From: Amoebophrya sp. A120
Taxonomy: Eukaryota > Protista > Dinoflagellata
DNA: 64,000 bases
Assembly: GCA_905178155.1 (NCBI GenBank)
Contig: CAJINV010000025.1
Span: forward strand, 11,445-75,444
Reading direction: 5' to 3'
In this document: positions 11,471-22,844 of the stretch, piece after piece
Layout: every line of letters starts with the position of its first letter
How positions within the stretch are numbered: position 1 is the first letter of the stretch
Program-made: the position numbers and the translations under genes
The notes under the pieces: generated by a model
The model's database searches: none
What the model was told of the DNA's origin: nothing
What the model saw: only the letters and a program-made list of their open reading frames with translations

Positions 11471-14400
11471 CTACTGCACTGGGTGTTGGTCGTGCTGCCG
11501 GTTGAAGCACTGCTGGATGCCATCGACCAGGGCCGCCTTCTGGACCTGGTTCGGACCATTGCCGGGGAACGCCGCAGCCCGTCGGTCCGCATGGATCCGC
11601 TGGTAGATGATCCGTAACTCGTCGCGGTTGAACTCTTCCAGCTTCGTCTCGATCGGCGTATCGCAGTTCTCGAAGGCTGTGTTGTTGGCGGTCAGGGCTT
11701 GCCGCTCGGCCGCACTCAGCAGCTCATACAGCCGGACCTTGTTCGTGTTGTTGTTGACGTCTTCGACCGTGTACTGAATCAAGGTTCCATCGTTCGCTTG
11801 GCCGACCATCGCCAGCACGGGAACTCCACCGACTCCTGCACCACCGGCAGCTGGGGCTGGGGCGGGGCCACCACCTGCTCCTCCGGCACCACCTGCACCT
11901 CCGATCGGGCCGGGCGCGGGAGCGCCACCTCCGGCTGGGATGCCACCTGCTCCTCCGGCACCTCCGGCAGGGGCGGGACCACCACCTCCAGCTGGGACAC
12001 CACCTGCACCCCCGGCGGGGGCGGGGCCACCCGCAGCAACTCCTCCTGCAGCACCACCAGCTGGCGGTCCCGGGACTGGGATACCAATCGGCGGTCCCGG
12101 GGCCGGGGCTGGGCCACCATAGTACCCTCCTCCATACGGCGGCACGCCCGCCATGCCAGCACCAGCAGCGCGCTGCTGCTGCATGCGGTTCAACGTGTCG
12201 GTGATGGCGGTAAACCCCGTCTGCATCTGCCCGACAATCCCGGTCACGGCAGCGTTGACGGCCGTATGGATTTCGCCGCGGAATTCGGTGCGTAGCTGCT
12301 TCTTCTCCTGCTGGGAGCGAGCGGTGAGCGCTTCGCCGAACTGGTTGAACTGCTGCTGTAGTTGTTCTTTGGTGATGAAGTCGCCGCTCTTGCTGCCACC
12401 AGAAGCGTTCTTCTCGATTCCTTCGGAAATTGCGCCGGCCAAGGAAGTGTACTTCTCGATACGTTCCTTCTGCTGCTTCTCCTCTTGGATCTTCTTCTCG
12501 TTTGTCCGAATGTAATCGGACATCTTCTGAACCTGGTAGTAGTCCGCGAACCTTTGTTCTTCTTCCGTTTTCGGGGCGCGTTCGTACCACTGGTTGCTGC
12601 TGCTCCAGTAGCCGTCGCTGTCTTTACCGTGTTTCGACGGCATGATGGTGAGGATGTACGGTTTTAGTTCTGGTTCTGGTTTTTCGTTACAAACGGAAAG
12701 AAGTGAAGTTGCTAGTCTGATGACTTTCAGGCTACTAGGGTAACCTACTAGAGAAGACCGGGCGACGCTGTGCAGAATAGTTCGTAAGATTTTGAAGTTG
12801 AATTTGTTCTCGATCCATTGAAGCAGTTCATCAAGAAGACGGACGATCTTGCTGTTTTGCGTTATTGTTGCGTCGCGTAATGTTGACAGCATGCGGCTTC
12901 GAAAGATCCCTGTGTAGTACTGTATATCTGAACTGGTGCGAAACTTCGTTTGTAGCGGCTTCGATTTTAGAACTGTCTCGATTTGTATCCGTTTGTCTGT
13001 TGGTCGGATTTTTGCATTCAGATCGTAGTGGAGCCATCGCATGTACTGCGTGTCCGTGTTGTCTTCGCGTGGCAGCAATTTCCTGTCAAGTTCTACTTCG
13101 ACGCCTGAATACATTTCAGTCATCAGCGCGTCGGTGCAGGGAGTACAGAAAACACTACTAAGGCCACCCGAATCGTCTACAAATCTCTCCATTGCTACGG
13201 TGTCGTCTTTCAACTCGCAGGCGGGATCTGCGTACGCTTTGTGTTCGGCCACGCCCATAGAAATAGAGCACGCGGTCTTGCTGCAAATGCCGCCGATCGG
13301 CGTGCCCTTTTCTGGATCTTGTTTCAACACTGTGCAACTGGCCCCACTCCCCAGGGTTGAGTAGCGTAAGGCCGTCACATTGAACAGAAGAAACGCGATC
13401 TCCTGGCGCTGTTCTTCGGTGCACTCTGGCTGCGCGCGGATGTAGTCCGCCCGGTCGCGGAGCTGCTGGATCTGGATCCGTTCGAAGAAGACGACGGCAT
13501 CAATGATGACGCCACCGGGCATTTCGGTCGAACCACACCGGAGGCAGGTGCCTTCGCATGGCCTCAGTTTGTGCACTTTGGCACGAAACGAGGCAGCCGC
13601 CGTGTGTAGTGATTCGCTTTCTTTGCCTTCTCTCAGAACTCCCCTGATCGCTTCCTCGACCTTGCGGACGCACCTCCTCTGGGCCGTCCTGTTCCTGCCT
13701 GTTATCGCCCGCACCTGGCTGACGATTTTGCGGAAAAGCTTCGCGGTGGGAACGCCTGGCTTGAAGATGATCCCACCGGATTCGCTCAGGACGAGGTTTT
13801 TCCCTTTCGGGAGTACGTAGATGTACGCCAAGTCCTTCACGTTGTCCAACTGGTATCGCTTCTTCGGTCCGTTGTTTGCATTCCACTCCGCTATTGCTGC
13901 GTTTGTTCGGTCTATTGCTTCCGCTTTTGATATCCGCTGCACCTGCAAGTTGCTTTCCTGTACTACTACCTTCACGCACCAGTTCTGGTACGTGGCCGCG
14001 CTCACGATCATCCCCAGCTCCTTCATCTTGTCAATCTGGACAAGAACCTTCCCGCCTGCGATCTGTCTCTCGATCTCCGTTGCTTCTGCGGTCAGGGGAT
14101 GCTTGTCCCGCTCAGTTTCGAGTCCTGCGCGCTGTAGCCTGAAACCGCGCACCCGCTTGTTCGCCATTCGCTGAAGCCGCCGCACCTGCGCGTGCATGTG
14201 GCGGACGGATTCATCTCCTGGTGGTAGGGGGTCGGTCAGCTGGCATGACCACAGCTGCATTTTCTCGGACTGGTGGGGCAGCTCTGCTAGTGTCTTGATC
14301 TTCTTTGCGGCTGTCACGGCGGATCTTGTGTAGTAGCGCATTCGCGGCGCTGCTACGCGCTGCATCTGGATGGCGTCCGAGACGAAGCGGCGTACTTCTG

Positions 14401-15250
14401 GGTGGCTGGCTTTTACTATTTCCCCCCGCAGGCGCAGCAGCTCCTTGCGTTCCCACTCGTATCGCCACGTTACCAACATCCGGGAGCTGCTTGGCAACTT
14501 CCGCATGTGGAGCAGGTAGTCGACCTTCCGCCTCGCTCTTTGTCGAGCAGGCCCGACGACTACGTTGCCCCCATCGACAATGCTACGCAGCTTGTATTCT
14601 GCAAACTCGAAGGGGTGGCCTCTCCGCGCGAGCAACATCTGCAGCGGGCACGCTTTGGTGCGTTTCTGGCCTAGGTACTTCGCCAGAATGTGCAAGTTGC
14701 GGCGGTCGTATATGTTTACCGGCCCCGTGGTCTTTGCCTGGGCTTGGGCTAGCATATCGCTGTAGGTTTTCCCCCGGTCGCCGATTTGTTCGTTTTTCCG
14801 TGGTCGGACTGCTAGTAGTGTGGACGTTGGAATACTGATGTGGGAGAGCTCGCGTTGCCACTGCGGTGGCCGGCCCCGTCGCTTCTGCCGTTTCTTTCTC
14901 GTTTCGCCGTGCTCAAGCTCGCCGTAAAGGTGCTGGTCGTCGTCCTCCAGCGAGCCAAACAATGCGCCCGCACTGTTTAGCTCCGGTCGCAACATCCGGA
15001 TCAAAACCAGCTCGGCGCGCCGAGCTTCGCCGACCAATCCGCAAACCCGGATCGCCATAAATCGGACTATACCGTCCGAGTACTTCTTCTTTGGGCTGTT
15101 TTGCAGAAGGGCAAGGCGGTGCTGGTTGTAGCGCTCGAAAATGTTGAGCGTCGACCCGATATACAACTCCCCCTTCCTGTTCCAATATGCGTAAACCAGG
15201 CCGGGGCGCTGGTCTTCGCTACACCGGGCCGAGTGCTTGCCGCGCCTTTT
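11471..15250 (-). CDS. GIY-YIG endonuclease / PLE-type reverse transcriptase polyprotein with C-terminal extension
   Basis: GLVYAYWNRKGELYIGST..R..QH (GIY-YIG); IDKMK..Y (DKG-like); YIYVLPKGK (RT1); FRKIVS (RT2); IIDAVVFF (RT3); Q..KGTPIGGICS..MGVAE (RT4); RFVDD (RT5). Confidence 0.85.
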   Translation of the reverse strand, partial: KRRGKHSARCSEDQRPGLVYAYWNRKGELYIGSTLNIFERYNQHRLALLQNSPKKKYSDGIVRFMAIRVCGLVGEARRAELVLIRMLRPELNSAGALFGSLEDDDQHLYGELEHGETRKKRQKRRGRPPQWQRELSHISIPTSTLLAVRPRKNEQIGDRGKTYSDMLAQAQAKTTGPVNIYDRRNLHILAKYLGQKRTKACPLQMLLARRGHPFEFAEYKLRSIVDGGNVVVGPARQRARRKVDYLLHMRKLPSSSRMLVTWRYEWERKELLRLRGEIVKASHPEVRRFVSDAIQMQRVAAPRMRYYTRSAVTAAKKIKTLAELPHQSEKMQLWSCQLTDPLPPGDESVRHMHAQVRRLQRMANKRVRGFRLQRAGLETERDKHPLTAEATEIERQIAGGKVLVQIDKMKELGMIVSAATYQNWCVKVVVQESNLQVQRISKAEAIDRTNAAIAEWNANNGPKKRYQLDNVKDLAYIYVLPKGKNLVLSESGGIIFKPGVPTAKLFRKIVSQVRAITGRNRTAQRRCVRKVEEAIRGVLREGKESESLHTAAASFRAKVHKLRPCEGTCLRCGSTEMPGGVIIDAVVFFERIQIQQLRDRADYIRAQPECTEEQRQEIAFLLFNVTALRYSTLGSGASCTVLKQDPEKGTPIGGICSKTACSISMGVAEHKAYADPACELKDDTVAMERFVDDSGGLSSVFCTPCTDALMTEMYSGVEVELDRKLLPREDNTDTQYMRWLHYDLNAKIRPTDKRIQIETVLKSKPLQTKFRTSSDIQYYTGIFRSRMLSTLRDATITQNSKIVRLLDELLQWIENKFNFKILRTILHSVARSSLVGYPSSLKVIRLATSLLSVCNEKPEPELKPYILTIMPSKHGKDSDGYWSSSNQWYERAPKTEEEQRFADYYQVQKMSDYIRTNEKKIQEEKQQKERIEKYTSLAGAISEGIEKNASGGSKSGDFITKEQLQQQFNQFGEALTARSQQEKKQLRTEFRGEIHTAVNAAVTGIVGQMQTGFTAITDTLNRMQQQRAAGAGMAGVPPYGGGYYGGPAPAPGPPIGIPVPGPPAGGAAGGVAAGGPAPAGGAGGVPAGGGGPAPAGGAGGAGGIPAGGGAPAPGPIGGAGGAGGAGGGPAPAPAAGGAGVGGVPVLAMVGQANDGTLIQYTVEDVNNNTNKVRLYELLSAAERQALTANNTAFENCDTPIETKLEEFNRDELRIIYQRIHADRRAAAFPGNGPNQVQKAALVDGIQQCFNRQHDQHPVQ

Positions 15251-15532
15251 TCATGCTGCGTTCTGCTTCGAGATTGCTATTGCTCGGCGCTGCAACGTGT
15301 CAACTTCCGGTATGTCTGCGGGGTCAAGGAGCTTCGTGTACTTGCGAAGCTGCTTGTCTAGTCGTCGTAGTCGTCGCCTCAACCTCTCGTCGCTTGCGTC
15401 TTGATATTCCCGGACTGCTTCAATGTAGTTCTGTTGTAGTTCTTCGTAGTTGCGTCGTGTTGTTTCTATTGCGGCTTCGAGTAGATCCCCTACTCGTGGC
15501 TGTTTCTTCTTCTTGCTGTTGCTGTGCTCCAT
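15251..15532 (-). CDS. Upstream basic coiled-coil ORF of the PLE, in frame with the polyprotein
   Basis: MEHSNSKKKK...KQNAA then TGA at 15253-15251; the same frame continues KRRGKHSARCSEDQRPGLVYAY. Confidence 0.65.
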   Translation of the reverse strand: MEHSNSKKKKQPRVGDLLEAAIETTRRNYEELQQNYIEAVREYQDASDERLRRRLRRLDKQLRKYTKLLDPADIPEVDTLQRRAIAISKQNAA

Positions 15533-17806
15533 TTTGCACTTGTTGCTCGTCGTCGTTGTTTGCTGTTCCTCTCGTTTTTCTCGTTTCTATACCGACCCGC
15601 CGTCCGTTCGTCTCGAAACAAACGCGGAAAAGAGCCGGGCTATAAACCTCTCTTGCTACAGGTTACAGCACATGTATCCTCATATTTCTTCACAAAAACA
15701 AATAACATGATCATCTCCCTGCCTGACTTTCTGTTGACTTGACTGGTGTGCAATTCAAGTTTGAAAAGCATAGTTTCAGGTCAAAGGAACAAGGCACTTG
15801 TGGCGGAAAATGACCCGTTATTTTTGCAATACTTAATACAGCCGTGGCACGACAGGCGCGGTGCAGCCGGCAGGCGTGTCTAGTGTAGTATCAGTCGTAC
15901 GGTAATAAAGCGGTATCATTTTTTATTTTTACATTAATTTTCAAGTTCAAGACCCCCAAATTACAAATCAAATTAAGCACTTAAGAAGAAGAACGTACAA
16001 AAAGCCCACTATAATATTTTTTGCAGATTTAACATAGACGCACATAATTTCTAAAAAAAGAAAAAAAATCTCTCCCCCACCGGGTTCGACGTTGCAGACG
16101 AGAACATTATAGTCGAAACTCCTTTTTTTAAAGGTCTTATGTGCATGTGTATTTCTTCGATCCCAAGAAGTAGTACATTATGCTTACCGTTTCTACGGTT
16201 CAGGAAAATTCCCCTGATGTTATCCTCGGATTCGCACGCGTTTTGGTTGTGGTTTATTTTCTCGTTGTTTCATCTCGAGCAACGTGCGATGGTAGGGAGA
16301 CGAGTAACCTTATTTACTAGCTTCGCGCACAAGGAAGAACCGCAAGAAAACAAAATCCGTGAAGATATTATAGGGAATGCGATCTAGTAGAAGCGTGCTG
16401 TGCGACTTTTTTTGTGCTTTTACATGGCATTCATATTTTTGTGCTCAGATGAGGATAAAAACAATAAACGTTTAAAGCACGACTCACTCGCCGAAAATAG
16501 TAAGTGGAAAGACTAAGACACCAAGGTAAGTAATATTTGAGGAAGTGGCGAACTACATTCTTACCAGGAGCCGCACCACGACCGAAGTACTTATACAATA
16601 TTATTACCGCGTACTAATTATGGAATGTGGAGGTGGTGTAGTCACTGCACTAAATTCTGCTTCACTGAGTATGAAATTTTTTATCTGAGCATGACTATAT
16701 TTAACAAGCCCGCGGCAAGTCGAGCGACGTCGAATCTACTTATTATGAAAATGAAAAAAATTATCAATGCATTCCCCCCGAATCGAAGAAAAGGAAAAAA
16801 TAAAAACGCGAGATGGACGCACGACGTCGTGTGTCGGAGCTGCGTTTTTGATAAATGCAGTCCTATGTAGTTGTTCCGTGTTCTTCACCCCTTCGACTAC
16901 TGTAACTGTTCACGTTCTCCTGCCAGAAGGTCAGAATAGCAATGCTTTTAAATGAAGTACCCTCAGGAGTAGAGCGAGAGGGCAGGCTGAGAAATATTAA
17001 GGTAAACTACAGTGTGAACAACTTGAGAAGTGTGAACTGTGAAGGGGGCCCGTGAGGAGCGGGCATTTATTTTCCACCACATATGATGAAGTAAGATAAA
17101 GATAAAGATTAAGTGACAAACTGTGCTTGATAGATCGTTCCTTTTCAGCTGGTGCAGTGGAGAGAGCTTTGGAAAGAAGTAGAACCGCGAGACCACGAGT
17201 GCTGGTCTGGGGCAACGACAAGCCCTCATCCGGAATAAATGGTCCTCAAGGCGACTCTTCTTTCATCTACTGCACAGAGGTGCGAGCTGAGAGCGTTGTA
17301 GAAATACCTATAGAAGTAAAGCTAATTTACTCCGGTAAATATACTTGATTTTACGTCTTGCCTGTTAGCTGTACAACACGTTCAACGCGCCGAAATAGAG
17401 GCACAAAAACGCTATTGCATTGCCGTTGCTGCAAGAAACAACAAGAATAAAACAACACCATGGGTCAGGCTGACACTGCGGCACCGCCGGACGCGGTCTA
17501 TGCGACTGCACTCCTCCTCGTCCCCCTCTACCTCATCTGTCATGTGTAAAAGCAGAAGCACTGTTCGCATGACAAATTTTGGAGTACCTATTTTCTACAG
17601 TCCGGGTACAGCACGACGAGAAGATCTGTCATGCAGAGGGCACACGTGTCTGCCGTTGCTCGCGTTGCTGTTCATGCCTTAGTAGTATATCAAAAATGAG
17701 AGGAAGAAGTTGTACAACTAAGTTCTTGTCAACTCGTCTCATGCGGGGCGATGGTGCTTGTGTTGCGGTTGTTCATGCGAGGACGAGAGACGACGAGGGG
17801 GAGTGA

Positions 17807-18956
17807 GTGTTGCGCTGTGATACGGTCAAGATGCTCCACACGACAACCGGGGGCGGCGGCGGGAGCAGCAGCAGCAGCACTTCTGCCGCGGCGTTGGATA
17901 CCGTGGAGGCGCACAACAAGACCTATCGACCCTGTCTCGACGGCCCGAACACCGTGGGAATGAATGCCAGGTTCGACACGCTCCCGCTCAACTATCCTGT
18001 GCAAAAGGAGGACCGTACTCGTCGTACTGGTGGCAGTTTGTGCATGGCAAATATTCTTTCTTCTTAGGCTAAATCAGCGTGACAAATTCCACCACGTGTA
18101 ACAATGCTGAGCAGGTTTGTTTGCAATTTCTATTTCTACTAGAAAGAAGTACAAGTACGTCCACGATGCTTTTGCTAAAATTCATATCACTCCGATGTCA
18201 TCAAAACGGATTTTAAACCACCTGCCCTGTATCAAAATCAAATATGTCTGGGTCTGGAAACCTATGTGGATGACGGAACTACTTCCGAATGCAGCCCAGC
18301 ATGACAACTTTCCAGAACCACGCTTTCTCATACGCAATCCGCATGTAGAAGGGCCTTTTTTCATGACAAAAGTGGCTGCGACTTTTGTTGGCTCTGCAAT
18401 GCAGATTTTCCAGGGATGGAAAGCTAGCATTACAAGTTTCACTTTTCCAGATCCAAACGTATTTGCATTTGATACCCTGCGCGATCCCACAATACGTGTC
18501 CGACGGAGACTATCTGCAGCAGGATACCAAGAAGAAAAATCCCCCCTCCCCATATCAAAACGGGAACCTGTGATGCAGATTTGTGGTCACAAATCTTCAG
18601 CTTTGTCATGCTAGAAGGGAAAAGATGCGGACTGAACGTAGTGCTGGGGGGTGTGGAAAAGCCTTGCATCTTCAGCATGACAGGAGGCAGCTGGAAGTGG
18701 GAAACAGAATGACAATATATGCCAGCAAACGAGGCCGCAGCTGCGCCTGCGGCTCTTGGCCTTCTAGCAACACAAGTCGACTCGTGTAAGTACTCAAATA
18801 CGGACTCACAAACTTCGTTTTCGGTTTGGGGAGGGGGGATTTTTCCTTTTGATACGAGAGCTCGCGTCGTCTGCTAGTTCCGTGGCTTTGCCCGTGCGGG
18901 GAAGAAATTATCTGCCGGGGTATAAAACTGTTTGTGATGTACTACGCGAAAATTAA
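17807..18956 (+). CDS. Hypothetical protein, 3' exons (5' end uncertain, possibly from about 17150)
   Basis: Removing the introners at 18230 and 18525 gives KKYKYVHDAF...NHLP-CAIPQYVSDGDYLQQ-ELASSASSVALPVRGRNYLPGYKTVCDVLREN*. Confidence 0.55.
18230..18474. mobile_element. Family-A TIR introner
   Basis: TIRs; direct repeat CCCTG. Confidence 0.9.
18525..18854. mobile_element. Family-D TIR introner
   Basis: TACCAAGAAGAAAAATCCCCCTCCCCATA...GGGATTTTTCCTTTTGATA; frame restored. Confidence 0.8.
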
Positions 18957-19150
18957 ATTGCAAAAGAGAACTCGTGCGCCACTAAGTACCTGTTATTTAC
19001 TTACTTAGATTCAAAACAAAAACGAGTGTAGTAATGAAGACGGGGTGTGGTGTTACTGTTAGTCGTGTCAAGATTATTGTTGTCATGATGTGACGTTACG
19101 AGAACAAGAATACTTATTAGGACGTAGTCGTAGACCTGTAGTTCTTGCAG

Positions 19151-21203
19151 ATGAACAACCGATTATGACCTGAAAAATACAACAGGCCCGACCTGCGCGA
19201 AACCCGATTTCACATGGGCTTCCAGCGCCGCGCACAGTCGGAAATCCGGCAAGGTAGCCAACCGAAAAAAAAATCTCAATCTGAAACGATAGTGCAGTAG
19301 ACTCAGCAAAGCAATTTCATCATTTCTCCACCGCATGTTGTTGACACCTAAACAAGTCCGAGATCTTCATGCGCCGTCCTCAGAAAGAGAAAACACAAAG
19401 AAAAACCCAAATTCTTGCATGTCGAGCAGCATGAGGACAAAAAGAGGTCCAAAAGAAGAACTTTCTTCGCATGACAAGCTCTGAGAGTCAGTGAGACAGC
19501 TTTTTCTTCCCATACGAGATGCGCCCCGATTGCAGCGCGAGTTGCAGATCCAAACGAACCGAGATAAGTATAGTTTTCTTTTCGGTGCGGTAAGTACCTG
19601 TCATGCGTAATAAACCTGACGAAAATCAAAATCCTCATTCGAACTTGTATCTCTAGATGGGTGAAGATTCTGGGTCTTCGATAAAGACATCGAGACCGTC
19701 ATGCGGTTTTGTTTAGCAGCGTCGGGCCTGTCGCTCGCAATTACCTCCAGTGCACAAAAAAAATCAACAACAGCTACTTTCAGTCCGTGCAAGATTTATG
19801 GGATGTGGAAACCATTGCAGAAGTGCGGTGGTCGTTTTAAAAATTCTCTTTGCATGGTAGTTAAAAATTCAATCTGACACTCTGTTTCTTTTCGGAAAAG
19901 GAAGAAAGGCAAATTATGCATCGAAGAAGGTGCACTGTTGTGCATCCTAAGCATTACAATTTTTCTTTTTTGTGTTCGGACGAACAAGTAGACACAGCAC
20001 GAGCACCAGCTTGGGTGAAGGTTTCCTCCCACTTCATACCGTGGCTGGAAAAACTACAAGGAAGACTATACGTTCAACGTTTTAAACGGTGAAGGGTACG
20101 GGCGCGAAGGCGAATTTCTACAGGTCGGAAGAAGACTGCTGAAGGGCCCGAACAGCGTCCTGTTTTCGGAACACGAGAAGGAAAAGCAGATGCGAGAGGT
20201 AAGTAAGTACCACAGTTGTACTTCTTGTCTTCACATGTTTTGATGAGAACCTGCCACGAGAATTGATTCAAGTGCGCAGTAGACAGATGATCTTTTTATT
20301 TGTAGGTAGTCTAGTGTGCTGTCGTGGCTTATAAGCAAAGTAAAGTAGACTTAGACAAATAAATTAAACACGACCCTCAGCGCGGCGGTCCGTTCCGCTA
20401 CCACGCGTACCCGCCCATGCTGCCGTCGAAAAACCAAGAAAAGGCACTTATCAAATGTAAAAATGTCTGGGTCTGGAAGAATGCAAGTTTGTCATGCTTG
20501 TCTCACGTGACTGTTGAATTTGTCATGCACATTACACAAGAGCCCCATTTTTCTGTCATGCAAAAACGCAGTTTGTCATGCAGAATAGGCAACACCTAGA
20601 AGCTGAAGCTCAGAAACTTGTCATGCTGAGCCAGCACTTCTGGCCTCCTCATGATACGCCACCCAGCATCTTCACAAGTTTCCAGACCCAGACATTTTTG
20701 CATTTGATAGCACTGGCAAGTGACGGATTTCTGCAGACCAAGCGGGAGTCGGTGATCATCGGGTACCCTGAGTAAAAACGTCCTCTCCCCACAGTTGTGA
20801 TGCAGATTTGCAATTGCAGAAAAATTTGTAATGCGCGCATCCCAATGACAAGGGCGATAGATTTTTAATCGTGTTTTGGAATATGTAATGCTGTAAACAG
20901 GATAAGCAGATAGATTTCGATTTGTCATGTGGCTCTCCTTGCTAACCTGCACTACACTACGGACTGCAGCTTGTCATGCGTGATTCCCAAAATTTCCAGG
21001 TTTGTGTTGCAAAGTCCCCATCTTGCCCATGGTGTGGGGAGGTTTTCTCTCAGGATGTCGGGTATCCAAGAATCGATGCGGCGAAGCGCATCAAGCTGCC
21101 GAGCCAGGGGACCCGGGAAATCTATGCGCACCTCCAAGACGGCGCAACGCAGGCCTACTATCCCCCCACCACCAAGACAAGGTCGCAGATCGTGTTTGGA
21201 TAG
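19151..21203 (+). CDS. Hypothetical multi-exon protein (start uncertain)
   Basis: 3' exons reconstruct to GEFLQVGRRLLKGPNSVLFSEHEKEKQMRE-RGGPFRYHAYPPMLPSKNQEKAL-ASDGFLQTKRESVIIG-YPRIDAAKR...SQIVFG*; one GT-AG intron and two introners. Confidence 0.5.
20449..20709. mobile_element. Family-A TIR introner
   Basis: TIRs; direct repeat GCACT. Confidence 0.9.
20764..21057. mobile_element. Family-C TIR introner
   Basis: TIRs; direct repeat TCGGG. Confidence 0.85.
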
Positions 21204-22844
21204 AGGATGAAGCAGAAACACATGATAAAAACTGAAGCTGTTCGGGATACGCGTCGGGAAAAGAAGATGTTCTGGAACAAGAAGTAGGGCGGGAGCCGTG
21301 TGAGTTTTCTATCCTAGAAGCACAGAAATTGATGAACTGTGAACTGCCTCAAACAGTCACTGCTTTAGATCTTTAGTATACAACTTATTGCACCCAAAAT
21401 TGATGAATGTCGATAGCAAGATTTTCTGTTGAAGAACCTTAGATTTTTAATCGAGCGAAGCAACATGTTGCCGCGATTTGATTCGATATATAGAGACGAG
21501 CGCTAAAAAGGAGAAGTAGTTGATGAAAAAAGTACTTGATGAATTTCGTGAACATGATATTTTAGCACACGGTCGTGTGATTGCAGCCTGGCACTGGCAG
21601 CCACTCCGTGTACGAGATAAAAGAGAGATTCCTAGAATCAGACACACAAGAAGCATAAGAATGCCCGTTGTATTAAAATATGGACACTGGTGACTGATAC
21701 AGATATTGAAACGTCGATGAATAAGATAAAATGCACCTGTGACAACGAAACCTCATGATCAGCACGACCCCTTGTAACAACTATTTTGTACTATGACCTT
21801 ACGTGACGAGAAACTACAGCTCAAAGAAGAACAGCTAAGATATGGAAGTAGAGTTGTCGACAACGACAACAACCCGAGAGGAGGACGAGCAGAACACTGT
21901 GAAGAAGAGGACCCTTTGTACCAACCAATGCCATAGCAAAAGAAGTTCTAGACAGACGAGCAGTTACTATTTTGAGTGCGCAAAGAAAGTCACGTTCTTG
22001 GCTGGCCCTACCGCATCAAAATCGCGTTTAAAAATTCGTTCGATGTTCGACTTCGATTCGCAAGCGAAACAGCTCGATGGTTTCTTCTGACGTTCTCCAG
22101 CGGCCGTCGGGTCTGCACGTCGGTAAGTACTTCGAGTTGCTCGAGAAGACAAAACCGGTTTAGAAGTTCTTTCAGAAGTAGTTTATTCAGTGTATGTAAA
22201 ACTAAAACTCAGTAAACTTTGATGTTATCTCCCTTCGAGGTGGTCAGTCTTCCTTCTTTCGTGGTTGCCGGTAACACCGAGGAGCGAGAGATGATTGAAA
22301 AAATTCGTGTGTTACTTCTTTGCATTTTTCCAAAAGACTGTGCAAGAAAACTACCCACTGCTTGACGTGGTCAACAAGCACCCGCTCCTTACGGAAGAAG
22401 ATGCTGCACACATTGAAGCAAGTGGGAAATAAATGTTGATACAAGGTGTACTGAAGACATTGACGAGTGGTGCAGAAGTGCGACTAAGTACATGGACCGC
22501 GCTGACACAGCACGCAGATGTACAGTCATGACTCTTTTATCTAAAGCACATGGATTCACTGAAATTTTTTAGGATTTTTTTCGTCGGGGTTGGAGAGAGG
22601 TGGTATAGAAAAAAACAAAGATACAAGAACTTCTCCACTACAACCTCCGACGAGAGGACCTCGGACGAGCGGAGCAACATTATGCGACCCGACACTTCTC
22701 GCGACCCGTCGTGCTGAAAACAACATGCGACAGCACAGCAACTCACGGAAAGAAGATGAACACGCGGAAGAAGTTCTACTTTTGACCACTTTCTTTCTTC
22801 ACTGTCCTCGTTAATTATAGCCTTGGCGCTATGGTAGCAGGCGA

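Larger units (their letters stand above)
10184..15643 (-). mobile_element. Penelope-like retroelement (PLE) with N-terminal GIY-YIG endonuclease
   Basis: Flanked by an identical 50-bp direct repeat (10134-10183 and 15644-15693); contains an intron-free GIY-YIG plus RT ORF and no TIR introner. Confidence 0.8.

Noticed and set aside
15251-15253. Genome-wide stop-codon reassignment, as reported for one Amoebophrya strain, as the explanation for the PLE UGA
   Set aside because: Reconstructed host genes have no internal stops and end in TGA, TAA or TAG, consistent with the standard code.
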